DNA of 32,000 nt from Mycobacterium tuberculosis H37Rv. Its GTDB lineage: Bacteria; Actinomycetota; Actinomycetes; Mycobacteriales; Mycobacteriaceae. Positions 1-10,248 of this stretch are shown in pieces. The notes under the pieces are model-generated. The model did no database searches. It was not told the DNA's origin and was given only the letters and a program-made list of their open reading frames with translations. Position 1 is the first letter of the stretch, and every line of letters starts with the position of its first letter. The translations under genes were made by a program, and so were the position numbers. The stretch lies in assembly GCF_000195955.2 (NCBI RefSeq), contig NC_000962.3:2640001-2672000 (forward strand), written 5' to 3'.

Positions 1-1064
1 TTATCCATCCCACCCTTGGTATTCGGGGCCTCGTCCTCGGTGTACGCGTCGATCAAAAACGCCATGAATGACCGGGTCAAGCCAGCTGCCGGCTCGATGA
101 CGTACGGCGTGTACCGAACATCGTTGATCTGGTCGTAGAAAGACAGGTCGACGCCGGAATGCCGCGCATGCGTCGATAGGTCAAAATCGGTTCGGTTGGC
201 CACACCTTCCAGTTCACCCCATGGATTGCCCATGAAGCCGAACTTGTACTCGATGTCGACGGTGCGGTCGGAGTAATGTGACAACTTGTCTTTGGGGTGC
301 TCCCACAACCGCAGGTTCTCCCGACGAATACCCAGGTCGATATACCACTGCAGCCGGTTGTCGATCCAGTACTGATGCCATTCCTTGGCAGTCGCCGGCT
401 CGACGAAGAACTCCATCTCCATCTGCTCGAACTCGCGGGTCCGGAAGATGAAGTTGCCCGGAGTGATCTCGTTGCGAAAGCTCTTGCCGATCTGTCCGAT
501 ACCGAATGGCGGCTTCTTACGAGCAGTTGTCACCACGTTGGCAAAGTTCACGAAGATGCCCTGCGCGGTTTCCGGGCGCAGATAGTGCAGCCCCTCCTCG
601 GTCTCGATGGGTCCGAGGTAGGTCTTGAGCATCATGTTGAACTCGCGTGGCTGCGTCCACTGGCCGGGTTCGCCGGTTTCCGGGTCGCGAATGTCGGCCA
701 ACCCGTTAGGCGGCGGATGCCCGTGTTTGGCTTCGTAGGCCTCGATGAGATGGTCGGCCCGGTAGCGCTTATGTGTGATCAGCGACTCGACCAGCGGGTC
801 ATGAAAGACATCGACGTGACCGGAAGCCACCCACACCTCACGCGGCAGGATGATCGACGAATCGATTCCGACAACGTCGTCGCGGCCAGTCACCACCGAT
901 CGCCACCACTGGCGCTTGATGTTCTCTTTGAGCTCAACCCCTAGCGGACCATAGTCCCACGCCGACTTTGTGCCGCCGTAGATCTCGCCCGACGGATAGA
1001 CGAAGCCTCGCCGTTTGGCTAGGTTGACCACGGTGTCGATGACGGGCGCCACGGGGTGGTGCAC
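1..1064 (-). CDS. glyS: Glycyl-tRNA synthetase, partial (C-terminal end runs off the left edge)
   Basis: Reverse-strand open frame without stops to the window edge, not listed in the ORF track because no stop is in the window. Translation reads [46 protein letters not shown]...[33 protein letters not shown], which carries class II aaRS / glycyl-tRNA synthetase motifs. GTG start at 1064; an in-frame ATG lies upstream at 1127. Confidence 0.95.
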   Translation of the reverse strand, partial: MHHPVAPVIDTVVNLAKRRGFVYPSGEIYGGTKSAWDYGPLGVELKENIKRQWWRSVVTGRDDVVGIDSSIILPREVWVASGHVDVFHDPLVESLITHKRYRADHLIEAYEAKHGHPPPNGLADIRDPETGEPGQWTQPREFNMMLKTYLGPIETEEGLHYLRPETAQGIFVNFANVVTTARKKPPFGIGQIGKSFRNEITPGNFIFRTREFEQMEMEFFVEPATAKEWHQYWIDNRLQWYIDLGIRRENLRLWEHPKDKLSHYSDRTVDIEYKFGFMGNPWGELEGVANRTDFDLSTHARHSGVDLSFYDQINDVRYTPYVIEPAAGLTRSFMAFLIDAYTEDEAPNTKGGMD

Positions 1065-1163
1065 TCCCTTCGAGGGATCGGGCAGACGCGCGCAGCCCGA
1101 CACGACTACGCGCAAAACATCAGTCATGGTAGCGATCGGGACCTGGGTCTCCTATTGCCTTTG

Positions 1164-1183
1164 ACATGCATCATCATGCATGT
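1164..1183. promoter_or_regulatory. Putative SmtB/ArsR-type operator: 8-bp perfect inverted repeat ACATGCAT-CATC-ATGCATGT
   Basis: Palindrome seen directly in the divergent glyS/smtB intergenic region, about 63 bp upstream of the smtB ATG. ArsR/SmtB repressors commonly autoregulate through such repeats. Confidence 0.7.
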
Positions 1184-1245
1184 GACAGTGGAGGTCAGTG
1201 GCAGGTCCTTCCTAATACGGCACTTCTCGAGGTGAAGACTCCAAT

Positions 1246-1653
1246 ATGGTGACGTCCCCCTCAACGCCGACCGCCGCCCACGAAGATGTGGGTGCCGACG
1301 AAGTAGGCGGTCACCAGCATCCCGCGGATAGGTTCGCCGAATGCCCCACGTTCCCCGCACCACCGCCGCGGGAGATCCTAGACGCTGCCGGCGAGCTGCT
1401 GCGTGCGCTGGCCGCACCGGTGCGGATCGCCATCGTGCTGCAATTGCGTGAATCTCAACGCTGCGTGCACGAACTGGTCGACGCACTGCACGTGCCCCAG
1501 CCGTTGGTCAGCCAACATCTGAAGATCCTCAAGGCGGCGGGCGTGGTCACCGGGGAGCGATCGGGCCGAGAAGTGCTGTACCGACTTGCTGACCACCACC
1601 TCGCGCACATTGTGCTCGACGCCGTCGCGCACGCCGGTGAGGACGCAATATGA
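1246..1653 (+). CDS. smtB: ArsR/SmtB-family metal-responsive transcriptional repressor (Rv2358-like)
   Basis: 135 aa ORF with a winged helix CVHELVDALHVPQPLVSQHLKILKAAGVV and an alpha5-type metal site DHHLAHIVLDAVAHAGED. Stop overlaps the start of the downstream fur-family gene. Confidence 0.93.
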   Translation: MVTSPSTPTAAHEDVGADEVGGHQHPADRFAECPTFPAPPPREILDAAGELLRALAAPVRIAIVLQLRESQRCVHELVDALHVPQPLVSQHLKILKAAGVVTGERSGREVLYRLADHHLAHIVLDAVAHAGEDAI

Positions 1654-2042
1654 GTGCAGCCGGTGTCCGCTCTACCCGCCAGCGGGCAGCCATCTCGACA
1701 CTGTTAGAGACGCTCGACGACTTTCGTTCGGCCCAGGAACTGCACGACGAACTGCGCCGGCGCGGCGAGAACATCGGTCTGACCACCGTCTACCGCACAC
1801 TGCAGTCGATGGCATCCTCCGGACTGGTGGACACACTGCACACCGACACCGGTGAATCGGTCTACCGCAGATGCTCGGAGCACCATCACCACCATCTGGT
1901 GTGCCGCAGCTGCGGTTCCACCATCGAAGTAGGTGACCACGAGGTGGAGGCGTGGGCGGCGGAGGTGGCCACCAAACATGGATTCTCTGACGTCAGCCAC
2001 ACCATCGAGATCTTCGGCACCTGCTCAGACTGCCGGAGCTAG
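1650..2042 (+). CDS. zur: Fur-family zinc uptake regulator (Zur/FurB)
   Basis: 130 aa. RQRAAISTLLETLDDFRSAQELHDELRRRGENIGLTTVYRTLQ, HHHHHLVCRSCG and a C-terminal CSDC metal site. ATGA overlap with smtB. Confidence 0.95.
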   Translation: MSAAGVRSTRQRAAISTLLETLDDFRSAQELHDELRRRGENIGLTTVYRTLQSMASSGLVDTLHTDTGESVYRRCSEHHHHHLVCRSCGSTIEVGDHEVEAWAAEVATKHGFSDVSHTIEIFGTCSDCRS

Positions 2043-2149
2043 GACACCACCGAGGTCGAGCGACCCCACACGCCGAACGTGCAACCATGGCGGCTCCGCC
2101 CGGCGTGTCGCCGCCACCAGGGCACGTTCGGCGCACAGCGAGCACACTC

Positions 2150-2578
2150 CTAGCCAACGAGCGCGCTGCGGATCGTGGCGCCCGTCTCCAGCACCAAAAG
2201 GATCAACGTGCGCAACGCGTCGTCGGTCAAACCGGTGCCGGGAAAGTTGTATCGCAGCATCACGTCCGCGGTGTTGGACGCGGGCCGACCAGAGCTTCGC
2301 CGCGCAGCCTTCTCGCTGACCTTTTCCCGCAGGCTCACCGAGCCGAAGTTGATGTCGCGTGCCTGCTTGGCCACTTGCTCGGCGAGCCTCTTGGTCAACG
2401 GCAGATCCCACGCCAGGATCTGGGTAAGGGACACCAGCTCGAGGTCCTCAGCGATGCTCACTACCCGCAACGAGGCAAACGTACCGTCATGGCGAACCGT
2501 CAGCGCGCCGTCGGGTTCCTCCTCGGCAGGAAGGACATCGCGCAGTATCGATGCCAGCCGGTCCGGTAGGGATGGCAC
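2150..2578 (-). CDS. Conserved hypothetical protein (Rv2360c-like)
   Basis: Reverse ORF ending at 2150. The track start is 2632, but a GTG at 2578 overlaps the uppS stop by 1 nt and gives 142 aa, which I prefer. Confidence 0.75.
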   Translation of the reverse strand: MPSLPDRLASILRDVLPAEEEPDGALTVRHDGTFASLRVVSIAEDLELVSLTQILAWDLPLTKRLAEQVAKQARDINFGSVSLREKVSEKAARRSSGRPASNTADVMLRYNFPGTGLTDDALRTLILLVLETGATIRSALVG

Positions 2579-3468
2579 TAGGCGCTCCCGAACCGCCGAG
2601 TGCGCGACGCGTATTCCTCGCAGGCCGCCCACAAGTCGCGGCGGTCATAGTCGGGCCAGAGCTTGTCCTGGAATATGTATTCAGCGTAGGCCGCCTGCCA
2701 CAGCATGAAGTTGCTGGAGCGCTGCTCACCCGAGGTCCGCAGGAAGAGGTCAACGTCGGGAATGTCGGGTCGCTGCAGGTGGCGGGCGATCGTGGATTCG
2801 GTGATCCGCTCCGGGTTGAGCCTGCCCGCGGCGACCTCACGAGCGATTTCGCGGGTGGCTTCGGTGATTTCGGTGCGTCCGCCGTAGTTGACGCAATAGT
2901 TGATGGTGATGACGTCGTTGCTTTTGGTCATCTCCTCCGCGACCGCCAACTCATTGATGACGCTACGCCACAGCCGTGGTCGTGAACCCACCCACCGGAT
3001 CCGGACCCCTAGCTTCTTTAGGGTGTCTCGGCGCCGTCGCACCACGTCGCGGTTGAAGCCCATCAGGAAGCGGACTTCCTCGGGCGAACGCTTCCAGTTC
3101 TCCGTGGAGAAGGCGTAGAGGCTGAGCCACTTGATCCCAAGTTCGATAGCACCGCAAGCGATGTCGATCACCACCGCCTCGCCCATCTTGTGACCTTCGG
3201 TGCGGGCCAGCCCACGTTGGGTGGCCCAGCGGCCATTGCCGTCCATGACAATGGCGACATGGTTGGGCAGCCGGTCGGCCGGTATTCGTGGCGCGGCCGC
3301 TTTCGAAGTGTGCTGCGGTGGCCGGCAGGGGCCTCCGTAGGGCGCTGCCGGCAACTCCGGGAAGACGACGGGCCACGTCGACGTATCAGGAAAGGTCGGG
3401 TAGTCGTCGGGGGCCGGAGGCAGCTGCGGGAAGTTGCTGGACGTCCGCTTCCGTGCATCCCTAGCCAC
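2578..3468 (-). CDS. uppS: Isoprenyl (decaprenyl) diphosphate synthase, UPP synthase family
   Basis: 296 aa. Contains [28 protein letters not shown] and [23 protein letters not shown], the cis-prenyltransferase signatures. Confidence 0.96.
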   Translation of the reverse strand: MARDARKRTSSNFPQLPPAPDDYPTFPDTSTWPVVFPELPAAPYGGPCRPPQHTSKAAAPRIPADRLPNHVAIVMDGNGRWATQRGLARTEGHKMGEAVVIDIACGAIELGIKWLSLYAFSTENWKRSPEEVRFLMGFNRDVVRRRRDTLKKLGVRIRWVGSRPRLWRSVINELAVAEEMTKSNDVITINYCVNYGGRTEITEATREIAREVAAGRLNPERITESTIARHLQRPDIPDVDLFLRTSGEQRSSNFMLWQAAYAEYIFQDKLWPDYDRRDLWAACEEYASRTRRFGSA

Positions 3469-4258
3469 CGGCTATATCCTGCCCGATCAGCGCGGCGCGA
3501 CGTTCGGCAACCGATCGATCGGCCTGGTAGAACCGCTCCACCAGCGGCAACGTTTTCAGCTGCCGTTCCAGATGCCATTGCAGGTGTGCGGCCACCAACC
3601 CGCTGACATGGCTGCGGGCCGATTGCGGCGCCGCCTCGGCGGCCTCCCAATCGCCGTCGTACAGCGCGGACATCAGGTCTACGACGCCCAGCGGCGGTGT
3701 GGTCGAGCCGGCCGGACGGCAGTGTGCGCAGACACTGCCCCCGGTCGCGATGTGAAACGCCCGATGCGGACCAGGCGTGGCGCAGCGGGCGCACTCGGTC
3801 AACGCTGGTGCCCAGCCGGCGATGCCCATGGCGCGCAGCAGATAGGCGTCCAACAACAGGTCCCGAGGCCGCTGTCCATCGGCCACCGCCCGCAGCGCGC
3901 CCACCGTGAGCCGGTGCAGAGCCGGAGCGGGCGCCCGCTCCTCACCGGCCAGGCGTTCGGCGGTTTCCAGTATCGCGCATCCGCAGGTGTAGCGGCCGTA
4001 ATCGGCGACGATGTCGGTGGCGAACGCGTCGACAGAGACAACCTGGGTGACGATGTCGAGGTTGCGGCCAGGGTGCAGTTGCACCTCGATATGCGCGAAC
4101 GGCTCCAGGCGCGCGCCGAATTTGCTGCGGGTGCGTCGAACACCTTTGGCCACCGCGCGGACCAACCCGTGATCGCGGGTCAGCAGGGTGACGATCCGGT
4201 CGGCTTCGCCGAGCTTGTGCTGGCGCAGCACAACAGCCCGGTCCCGATACAGCCGCAT
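3461..4258 (-). CDS. recO: DNA repair protein RecO
   Basis: 265 aa from ATG 4258: [54 protein letters not shown], with zinc-type cysteines [10 protein letters not shown]...CAHC. Stop overlaps the uppS start by 8 nt. Confidence 0.94.
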   Translation of the reverse strand: MRLYRDRAVVLRQHKLGEADRIVTLLTRDHGLVRAVAKGVRRTRSKFGARLEPFAHIEVQLHPGRNLDIVTQVVSVDAFATDIVADYGRYTCGCAILETAERLAGEERAPAPALHRLTVGALRAVADGQRPRDLLLDAYLLRAMGIAGWAPALTECARCATPGPHRAFHIATGGSVCAHCRPAGSTTPPLGVVDLMSALYDGDWEAAEAAPQSARSHVSGLVAAHLQWHLERQLKTLPLVERFYQADRSVAERRAALIGQDIAGG

Positions 4259-4319
4259 CACAATAGTTTTGCACCCCGCCACGACATCGCGGGTATCCGC
4301 GCCGATAGTCTCGTACCCC

Positions 4320-5774
4320 GTGGTTGGCGCTTCTGGGTCGGATGCTGGAGCCATTTCCGGCTCTGGCAACCAGCGCCTGCCCACCCTGACCGACCTGCTC
4401 TACCAGCTGGCCACCCGCGCAGTGACGTCCGAAGAGTTGGTGCGACGTTCCCTGCGCGCGATCGATGTGAGCCAGCCCACATTGAACGCCTTCCGGGTAG
4501 TGCTCACCGAATCCGCGCTGGCCGACGCGGCGGCCGCCGATAAGCGGCGGGCGGCCGGCGACACGGCGCCGCTGCTGGGCATTCCGATCGCGGTCAAGGA
4601 CGACGTCGACGTTGCTGGAGTGCCAACCGCCTTCGGCACCCAGGGCTATGTCGCGCCTGCTACCGACGACTGTGAGGTCGTCCGGCGCCTCAAGGCGGCC
4701 GGAGCGGTGATCGTCGGCAAGACGAATACTTGTGAATTGGGCCAGTGGCCGTTCACCAGCGGACCCGGGTTCGGACACACCCGCAACCCCTGGTCGCGCC
4801 GGCACACGCCGGGTGGATCCTCGGGCGGTAGCGCGGCGGCGGTGGCCGCCGGCCTGGTTACCGCCGCTATCGGCTCCGACGGCGCCGGCAGCATCCGCAT
4901 CCCCGCAGCATGGACACACCTAGTGGGCATCAAGCCACAACGCGGTCGGATCTCCACCTGGCCGCTGCCGGAGGCGTTCAACGGCGTCACGGTCAACGGC
5001 GTACTGGCCCGCACTGTGGAGGATGCGGCGCTGGTGCTGGACGCCGCGTCCGGCAACGTCGAGGGCGACCGCCACCAGCCACCCCCGGTGACGGTGTCCG
5101 ATTTCGTCGGCATCGCCCCTGGACCGCTGAAGATTGCCTTGTCAACCCACTTCCCGTACACCGGCTTTCGGGCCAAGTTGCATCCTGAGATCTTGGCCGC
5201 GACCCAGAGGGTGGGCGACCAGCTCGAGCTGCTCGGCCATACGGTGGTGAAAGGCAATCCGGACTACGGCCTACGGTTGTCGTGGAACTTTCTTGCCCGG
5301 TCCACCGCGGGCCTCTGGGAATGGGCGGAGCGGCTAGGCGACGAGGTGACCCTGGATCGTCGCACCGTATCCAACCTGCGCATGGGGCACGTGCTGTCGC
5401 AGGCGATTCTGCGCAGCGCGCGCCGCCACGAAGCCGCCGACCAGCGTCGGGTCGGCTCGATCTTCGACATCGTCGACGTGGTGCTGGCACCGACCACAGC
5501 ACAACCACCGCCAATGGCGCGCGCGTTTGACCGGTTGGGCAGCTTCGGCACCGATCGCGCCATCATCGCCGCGTGCCCGTCGACCTGGCCGTGGAACCTG
5601 CTGGGCTGGCCGTCGATCAATGTGCCGGCGGGGTTCACCTCCGACGGTTTGCCGATCGGTGTGCAACTGATGGGACCGGCCAACAGCGAGGGCATGCTGA
5701 TCTCGCTGGCCGCCGAGTTGGAAGCCGTCAGTGGCTGGGCGACCAAGCAGCCGCAGGTGTGGTGGACGAGCTAA
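4320..5774 (+). CDS. amiA2: Amidase (amidase signature family)
   Basis: GTG start at 4320 gives 484 aa. Contains GIPIAVKDDVDVAG, TPGGSSGGSAAAVAAGLVTAAIGSDGAGSIRIPA (Ser-cisSer-Lys motif). The longer ORF start at 4188 would run antisense into recO. Confidence 0.93.
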   Translation: MVGASGSDAGAISGSGNQRLPTLTDLLYQLATRAVTSEELVRRSLRAIDVSQPTLNAFRVVLTESALADAAAADKRRAAGDTAPLLGIPIAVKDDVDVAGVPTAFGTQGYVAPATDDCEVVRRLKAAGAVIVGKTNTCELGQWPFTSGPGFGHTRNPWSRRHTPGGSSGGSAAAVAAGLVTAAIGSDGAGSIRIPAAWTHLVGIKPQRGRISTWPLPEAFNGVTVNGVLARTVEDAALVLDAASGNVEGDRHQPPPVTVSDFVGIAPGPLKIALSTHFPYTGFRAKLHPEILAATQRVGDQLELLGHTVVKGNPDYGLRLSWNFLARSTAGLWEWAERLGDEVTLDRRTVSNLRMGHVLSQAILRSARRHEAADQRRVGSIFDIVDVVLAPTTAQPPPMARAFDRLGSFGTDRAIIAACPSTWPWNLLGWPSINVPAGFTSDGLPIGVQLMGPANSEGMLISLAAELEAVSGWATKQPQVWWTS

Positions 5775-6673
5775 AACCCCAGTCGGCCAAGCTGTTTGGG
5801 GTCGCGCTGCCAGTTCTTGGCGACCTTGACCCGCAAGTCGAGATAGACCTTGGTGCCCAGCAGGTTTTCGATCTGGCTACGGGCCGCGGTACCCACCTCC
5901 CGCAGCCGGGCACCACCCTTGCCGATGACGATGCCCTTCTGACTATCTCGCTCGACGTACAGCGCGGCGTGTACGTCGATCAGGTCGTCACGCCCCTCAC
6001 GTGGACTGACCTCGTCAATCACCACCGCCAGCGAATGGGGCAGCTCATCGCGCACGCCCTGAAGGGCCGCCTCGCGGATGAGCTCGGCCATCAGAACCTC
6101 CTCGGGTTCGTCAGTCAACTCACCGTCGGGGTAATACGCGGGGCCGGCCGGCAATGCCGCGGCCAGTACGTCGATCAACAGGTCTACCCGGTCGCCGGTC
6201 ATCGCCGAAACCGGGACAATCTCGGCCGCATTCGTGACGAGTTCGCTGACCGCTACCAGCTGGGCGACCACTTTTTCTTTCGGCACCTTGTCAATCTTGG
6301 TGACGATGACCACCAGTGTCGTATTGGCAGGGCCGGTCGAACGAAGCTGCTCGACAATCCACCGGTCTCCCGGACCGATCGCCTCGTCGGCGGGGATGCA
6401 TAGCCCGATGACGTCGACCGCCGCGTAGGTTTCGCGGACCAAGTCGTTGAGCCGCTTGCCCAGCAGAGTGCGCGGCCGGTGCAGACCGGGAGTGTCGACG
6501 AGGATGATCTGGAAGTCGTCGCTATGCACGATCCCACGAATGGCGTGCCTGGTGGTCTGCGGGCGCGTCGACGTGATTGCCACTTTCGCCCCGACCAGCG
6601 CATTGGTCAGCGTGGACTTGCCGGTGTTCGGCCGGCCGACCAAACACACAAAGCCAGAATGGAATTCGGTCAT
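5771..6673 (-). CDS. era: GTPase Era
   Basis: 300 aa from ATG 6673: MTEFHSGFVCLVGRPNTGKSTLTNALVGAKVAITSTRPQTTRHAIRGI...DTPGLH...TKID, with a C-terminal KH domain VIGKGGARLREVG. Convergent with amiA2 (4-bp overlap of ends). Confidence 0.97.
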   Translation of the reverse strand: MTEFHSGFVCLVGRPNTGKSTLTNALVGAKVAITSTRPQTTRHAIRGIVHSDDFQIILVDTPGLHRPRTLLGKRLNDLVRETYAAVDVIGLCIPADEAIGPGDRWIVEQLRSTGPANTTLVVIVTKIDKVPKEKVVAQLVAVSELVTNAAEIVPVSAMTGDRVDLLIDVLAAALPAGPAYYPDGELTDEPEEVLMAELIREAALQGVRDELPHSLAVVIDEVSPREGRDDLIDVHAALYVERDSQKGIVIGKGGARLREVGTAARSQIENLLGTKVYLDLRVKVAKNWQRDPKQLGRLGF

Positions 6674-6746
6674 GCCGGTTTCCTCGCCGAACGTGAACAC
6701 AGGGAGACTTTTCCCGCTTTTTTCCGCCGTGAATGCACGTTCGGCG

Positions 6747-7088
6747 TCATAGCGGGTTACCTGCCCGATCGGTGACGATGATCGCAGCGGTCGGGGCGAG
6801 TTCGCGGACGGCGGCAATGCCCGGATCGTCAACGGACCCGGCCACCAAGACGGCGGCCTGAAGACCGGTCGCCCCACTGGACACGGCCGCGGCCACCGCC
6901 GCCTGCAGACCGGTCAGCTCGAGCGCCGACAGGGCCACCGGCGCCGCCGCGTACGTGCGGCCGTCGACATCGCGGACCGCCGCGCCGGCACCGGCCTCGG
7001 CACGTGCCATCGCCGCCCGTGCCAACACAACCAGCTTTGCGTCCTCGGCATCTAGCTGCTCAGCCAGGGTGATCGGCCTCCTCATCAT
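6747..7088 (-). CDS. Cytidine-deaminase-like protein, apparently lacking catalytic residues (Rv2365c-like)
   Basis: 113 aa ORF between era and the CBS-domain gene, overlapping the upstream gene by 29 nt. Fold-level similarity to CDA around [27 protein letters not shown]...[14 protein letters not shown]. Confidence 0.75.
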
Positions 7089-8367
7089 CGGCGCCGTCGG
7101 GTTCGGCCGGACTCAGCAACACGGTGCCGATTCGTACCCGTCCCCGATGATCGGTGCCACCCTCGGCATGCAGCCGCAGGCCATGCGATATCACCTCAGC
7201 GCCGGGCAGCGGCACCCGGCCCAGTTCTAGGGCCAGCAGCCCGCCCACCGTGTCGACGTCAAGGTCGTCGTCGAACTCCACGCCGTACAGCTCGCCGACG
7301 TCTTCGATGGGCAGGCGCGCCGATACCCGGAAACGCTTGTCGCCCAAGTCTTCCACCGGCGCCGTCTCGGCCTGGTCGTACTCGTCGGCAATCTCGCCGA
7401 CGATCTCCTCCAGCACGTCTTCGATGCTGACGAGGCCGGCTATCGCGCCGTACTCGTCGACCAGCAGGGCCATGTGGTTACGGTCGCGCTGCATTTCCCG
7501 CAGCAATGCGTCCAGCGGCTTGGAGTCCGGCACGAACACAGCTGGCCGCATCACCCGCGCGACGGTCGTTTCGCGGCCGCCGTTCGTCGAGCAGAACGTC
7601 TGCTCGACAAGGTCTTTCAGGTACACCACGCCGACGATGTCGTCGACGTTCTCGCCGATCACCGGGATTCGGGAATGTCCGCTGCGTACCGCCAGGGTCA
7701 TTGCTTGACCGGCTGTCTTGTCGCTTTCGATCCAGATCATCTCGGTGCGCGGCACCATCACCTCGCGGGCTGGGGTGTCACCCAGCTCGAAGACCGACTC
7801 GATCATCCGGCGCTCGTCGGCAGCAACCACGCCCCGCTGCTGGGCTAGGTCGACAACTTCGCGCAGCTCGATCTCGGATGCAAACGGCCCGTTGCGAAAG
7901 CCGCGCCCGGGGGTCAGTGCGTTGCCCAGCAACACCAGCAAGCGGCTGATCGGCATCAACAACCACGAGATCAGCCGCAGCGGAAGGGCCGTGGCCAACG
8001 AGATGGAATATGCGTTCTGGCGCCCAAGGGTGCGTGGCCCCACTCCCACGACGACAAAGCTGGCCAAAACCATGATGCCCGCGGCAAGATACAACCCCCA
8101 CACCATGCTGAAGTGGTATCGGATGAAAACCACCAGCAGCGCGGTCGCGGTGATCTCACAGCTGGTCCGCAGCAACACGACCAGGTTGACGTACCGCGGC
8201 CGGTCGGCCATCACCTTACGCAGCGACCCCGCGCCCGGCCGCTGGTCGCGTACTAGCTCATCCACCCGGGCCGGAGACACGGTGCTGATGGCGGCGTCAA
8301 TCGCGGCGAACAACCCACCCAAACCGATCAATACGATCGAGCCGAGCAGCTGGTAGTACCCGGTCAA
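7060..8367 (-). CDS. Membrane protein with DUF21 (CNNM), CBS pair and CorC/HlyC C-terminal domains (Rv2366c-like)
   Basis: 435 aa, TTG start. N-terminal hydrophobic helices; [49 protein letters not shown]; [33 protein letters not shown]. Start overlaps the ybeY stop (TTGA). Confidence 0.92.
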
Positions 8368-8912
8368 AGGTCAAAATACCTTGACTTGTCGAGCAACCGG
8401 CGGTCCTTCTCGTCCTGCCGGTCGTGCTGGTAGGCCTCAACCTGGTCGGCTACCCACTCTTCAAGCAACCGGTCCTGCAGGGCGAACATCTCTTTTTCCT
8501 CGTCTGGCTCGGCGTGGTCATAGCCGAGCAGGTGAAGCACACCGTGGATGGTCAGCAGGGCCAATTCGTGGCCCAGGCTGTGGCCGGCCGCAGCCGCCTG
8601 CTCAGCGGCGAATTCCGGGCACAGCACGATATCGCCCAGCATGGACGGTCCCGGTTCGGGGGCGTCGGGGCGACCACCCGGCTCGAGCTCGTCCATCGGG
8701 AAGCTCATCACGTCGGTCGGCCCGGGAAGATCCATCCAGCGCATGTGTAGGTCGGCCATCGCCGCGGTGTCCAGCAGCAGCATCGACAATTCGGCGCACG
8801 GATTGACGTCCATCTTGGCGATGACAAACCGTGCGACACTGACTAGTTCCGCTTCCGAGACGTCGATGCCTGACTCGTTGGCTACCTCGATGCTCATAAG
8901 ATGCTCACGCAC
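8364..8912 (-). CDS. ybeY: Endoribonuclease YbeY (rRNA maturation factor)
   Basis: 182 aa. UPF0054 signature [24 protein letters not shown]. Ends 4 nt into the next gene. Confidence 0.95.
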
Positions 8913-8915
8913 CCA

Positions 8916-9974
8916 TCATCGGCGACCGCGGGCGCCGGACGCCCGCCGAGCCGCCCGATTCAGCCCCGACCCGGGCTCCTCGTACCGCGCATAAGCGTCC
9001 ACGATCTCCGAGACCAGACGGTGGCGTACCACATCCACGCTGGTCAGCTCCGCGATATGGATGTCGTCGATGTCTTCGAGGATGTCGACCGCCGCCCGCA
9101 GACCCGACCGGGCGCCGCCCGGCAGGTCGATCTGGGTGACATCTCCGGTGACCACGACCTTGGATCCGAAGCCCAGGCGGGTGAGGAACATCTTCATCTG
9201 CTCGGCCGTGGTGTTCTGCGCCTCGTCCAGGACGATGAACGCGTCATTCAGGGTTCTACCCCGCATGTACGCCAGCGGTGCCACCTCGATGACTCCAGCG
9301 GACATCAGCTTCGGGATCAGCTCGGGGTCCATCATGTCGTACAGCGCGTCATAGAGCGGTCGTAGGTACGGATCGATCTTTTCGCTCAGCGTGCCCGGCA
9401 GAAATCCAAGGCGTTCACCGGCTTCCACCGCGGGTCGGGTCAAGATTATGCGGGTCACCTGCTTGGTCTGCAGCGCGTGGACCGCTTTGGCCATCGCAAG
9501 ATAGGTCTTTCCGGTGCCGGCCGGGCCGATTCCGAAGACGATGGTGTTGGCGTCGATCGCGTCCACGTAGCGTTTCTGGTTGAGCGTCTTGGGCCGGATC
9601 GTCTTCCCCCGACGCGACAAAATGTCTAGAGTGAGCACTTCGGCCGGTGACTCGTTGCCTGTGCCGACCAGCATGGCAACGCTGTGGCGCACTACCTCTG
9701 GGGTCAGCGACTGGCCGCTGGCCACGATCGCAATCAGTTCGGAGATCACCCGTTCGGCTAGCGCGACATCCGCCGGCTCACCGCAGAGGGTCACCGCGTT
9801 GCCGCGCACGTGCAGGTCGGCACTCAGCGTGCGTTCGAGGGCACGCAGATTTTCGTCGGCCGAACCGAGTAAGCCCACGACGAGGTCAGGCGGAACGTCG
9901 ATGCTGCTGCGAACTTGAGCGTCGGCTTGCCGGGCTCCAGCCGCGTCAGCAGCGCGGGTCTCGCGGGACGTCAC
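8916..9974 (-). CDS. phoH1: PhoH-like ATPase
   Basis: 352 aa, GTG start. Walker [68 protein letters not shown]. Confidence 0.95.
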   Translation of the reverse strand: MTSRETRAADAAGARQADAQVRSSIDVPPDLVVGLLGSADENLRALERTLSADLHVRGNAVTLCGEPADVALAERVISELIAIVASGQSLTPEVVRHSVAMLVGTGNESPAEVLTLDILSRRGKTIRPKTLNQKRYVDAIDANTIVFGIGPAGTGKTYLAMAKAVHALQTKQVTRIILTRPAVEAGERLGFLPGTLSEKIDPYLRPLYDALYDMMDPELIPKLMSAGVIEVAPLAYMRGRTLNDAFIVLDEAQNTTAEQMKMFLTRLGFGSKVVVTGDVTQIDLPGGARSGLRAAVDILEDIDDIHIAELTSVDVVRHRLVSEIVDAYARYEEPGSGLNRAARRASGARGRR

Positions 9975-10248
9975 CTGGCTTCTGATGCCTGCTTTCTGGC
10001 CTATCGACTGGAACCTGTCGAACTGACGAGTGTTGAAGTTTCATTCTAACGCCGGTCAGGGACGGCGTCGGAGCACAACGCACAACGCCGAGCCCGTGCG
10101 CGCTCACCTTTATCCGCGATGAGGCCTGTCTGTGTCCGCCCGTTCGATGCCGACGAACGGCAGCCACTCTCGGGCCTGCCAGCTGTGCCTGCCGGTGCGC
10201 GGCAACATCCCGACCGTGCCCATGCCGGTCCGCCAAGCCGACGATCAC
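9946..10248 (-). CDS. Doubtful small ORF (Rv2369c-like)
   Basis: 100 aa ORF whose GTG overlaps the upstream stop by 4 nt (GTGA). It overlaps the phoH1 5' end and its R/H-rich composition looks like a non-coding high-GC frame. Confidence 0.25.
   Translation of the reverse strand: MIVGLADRHGHGRDVAAHRQAQLAGPRVAAVRRHRTGGHRQASSRIKVSAHGLGVVRCAPTPSLTGVRMKLQHSSVRQVPVDRPESRHQKPGDVPRDPRC

Noticed and set aside
1918-2000. His-rich run (HHHHH) in zur as possible repeat or insertion
   Set aside because: HHHHHLVCRSCG is the usual Fur-family histidine-rich metal-binding region.
4188-4319. 44-codon N-terminal extension of amiA2
   Set aside because: It overlaps the recO 5' end antisense. The amidase alignment is satisfied by the GTG at 4320.
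3434-4543. 369-aa plus-strand ORF antisense to recO and overlapping amiA2
   Set aside because: It conflicts with two well-supported genes. Composition indicates a non-coding frame.
3942-4919. 325-aa minus-strand ORF overlapping recO and amiA2
   Set aside because: It overlaps conserved amidase and RecO coding sequence in other frames and has no motif.
6674-6877. 68-codon N-terminal extension of era
   Set aside because: Era normally begins a few residues before the GRPNTGKST P-loop. The extension runs into Rv2365c coding sequence.
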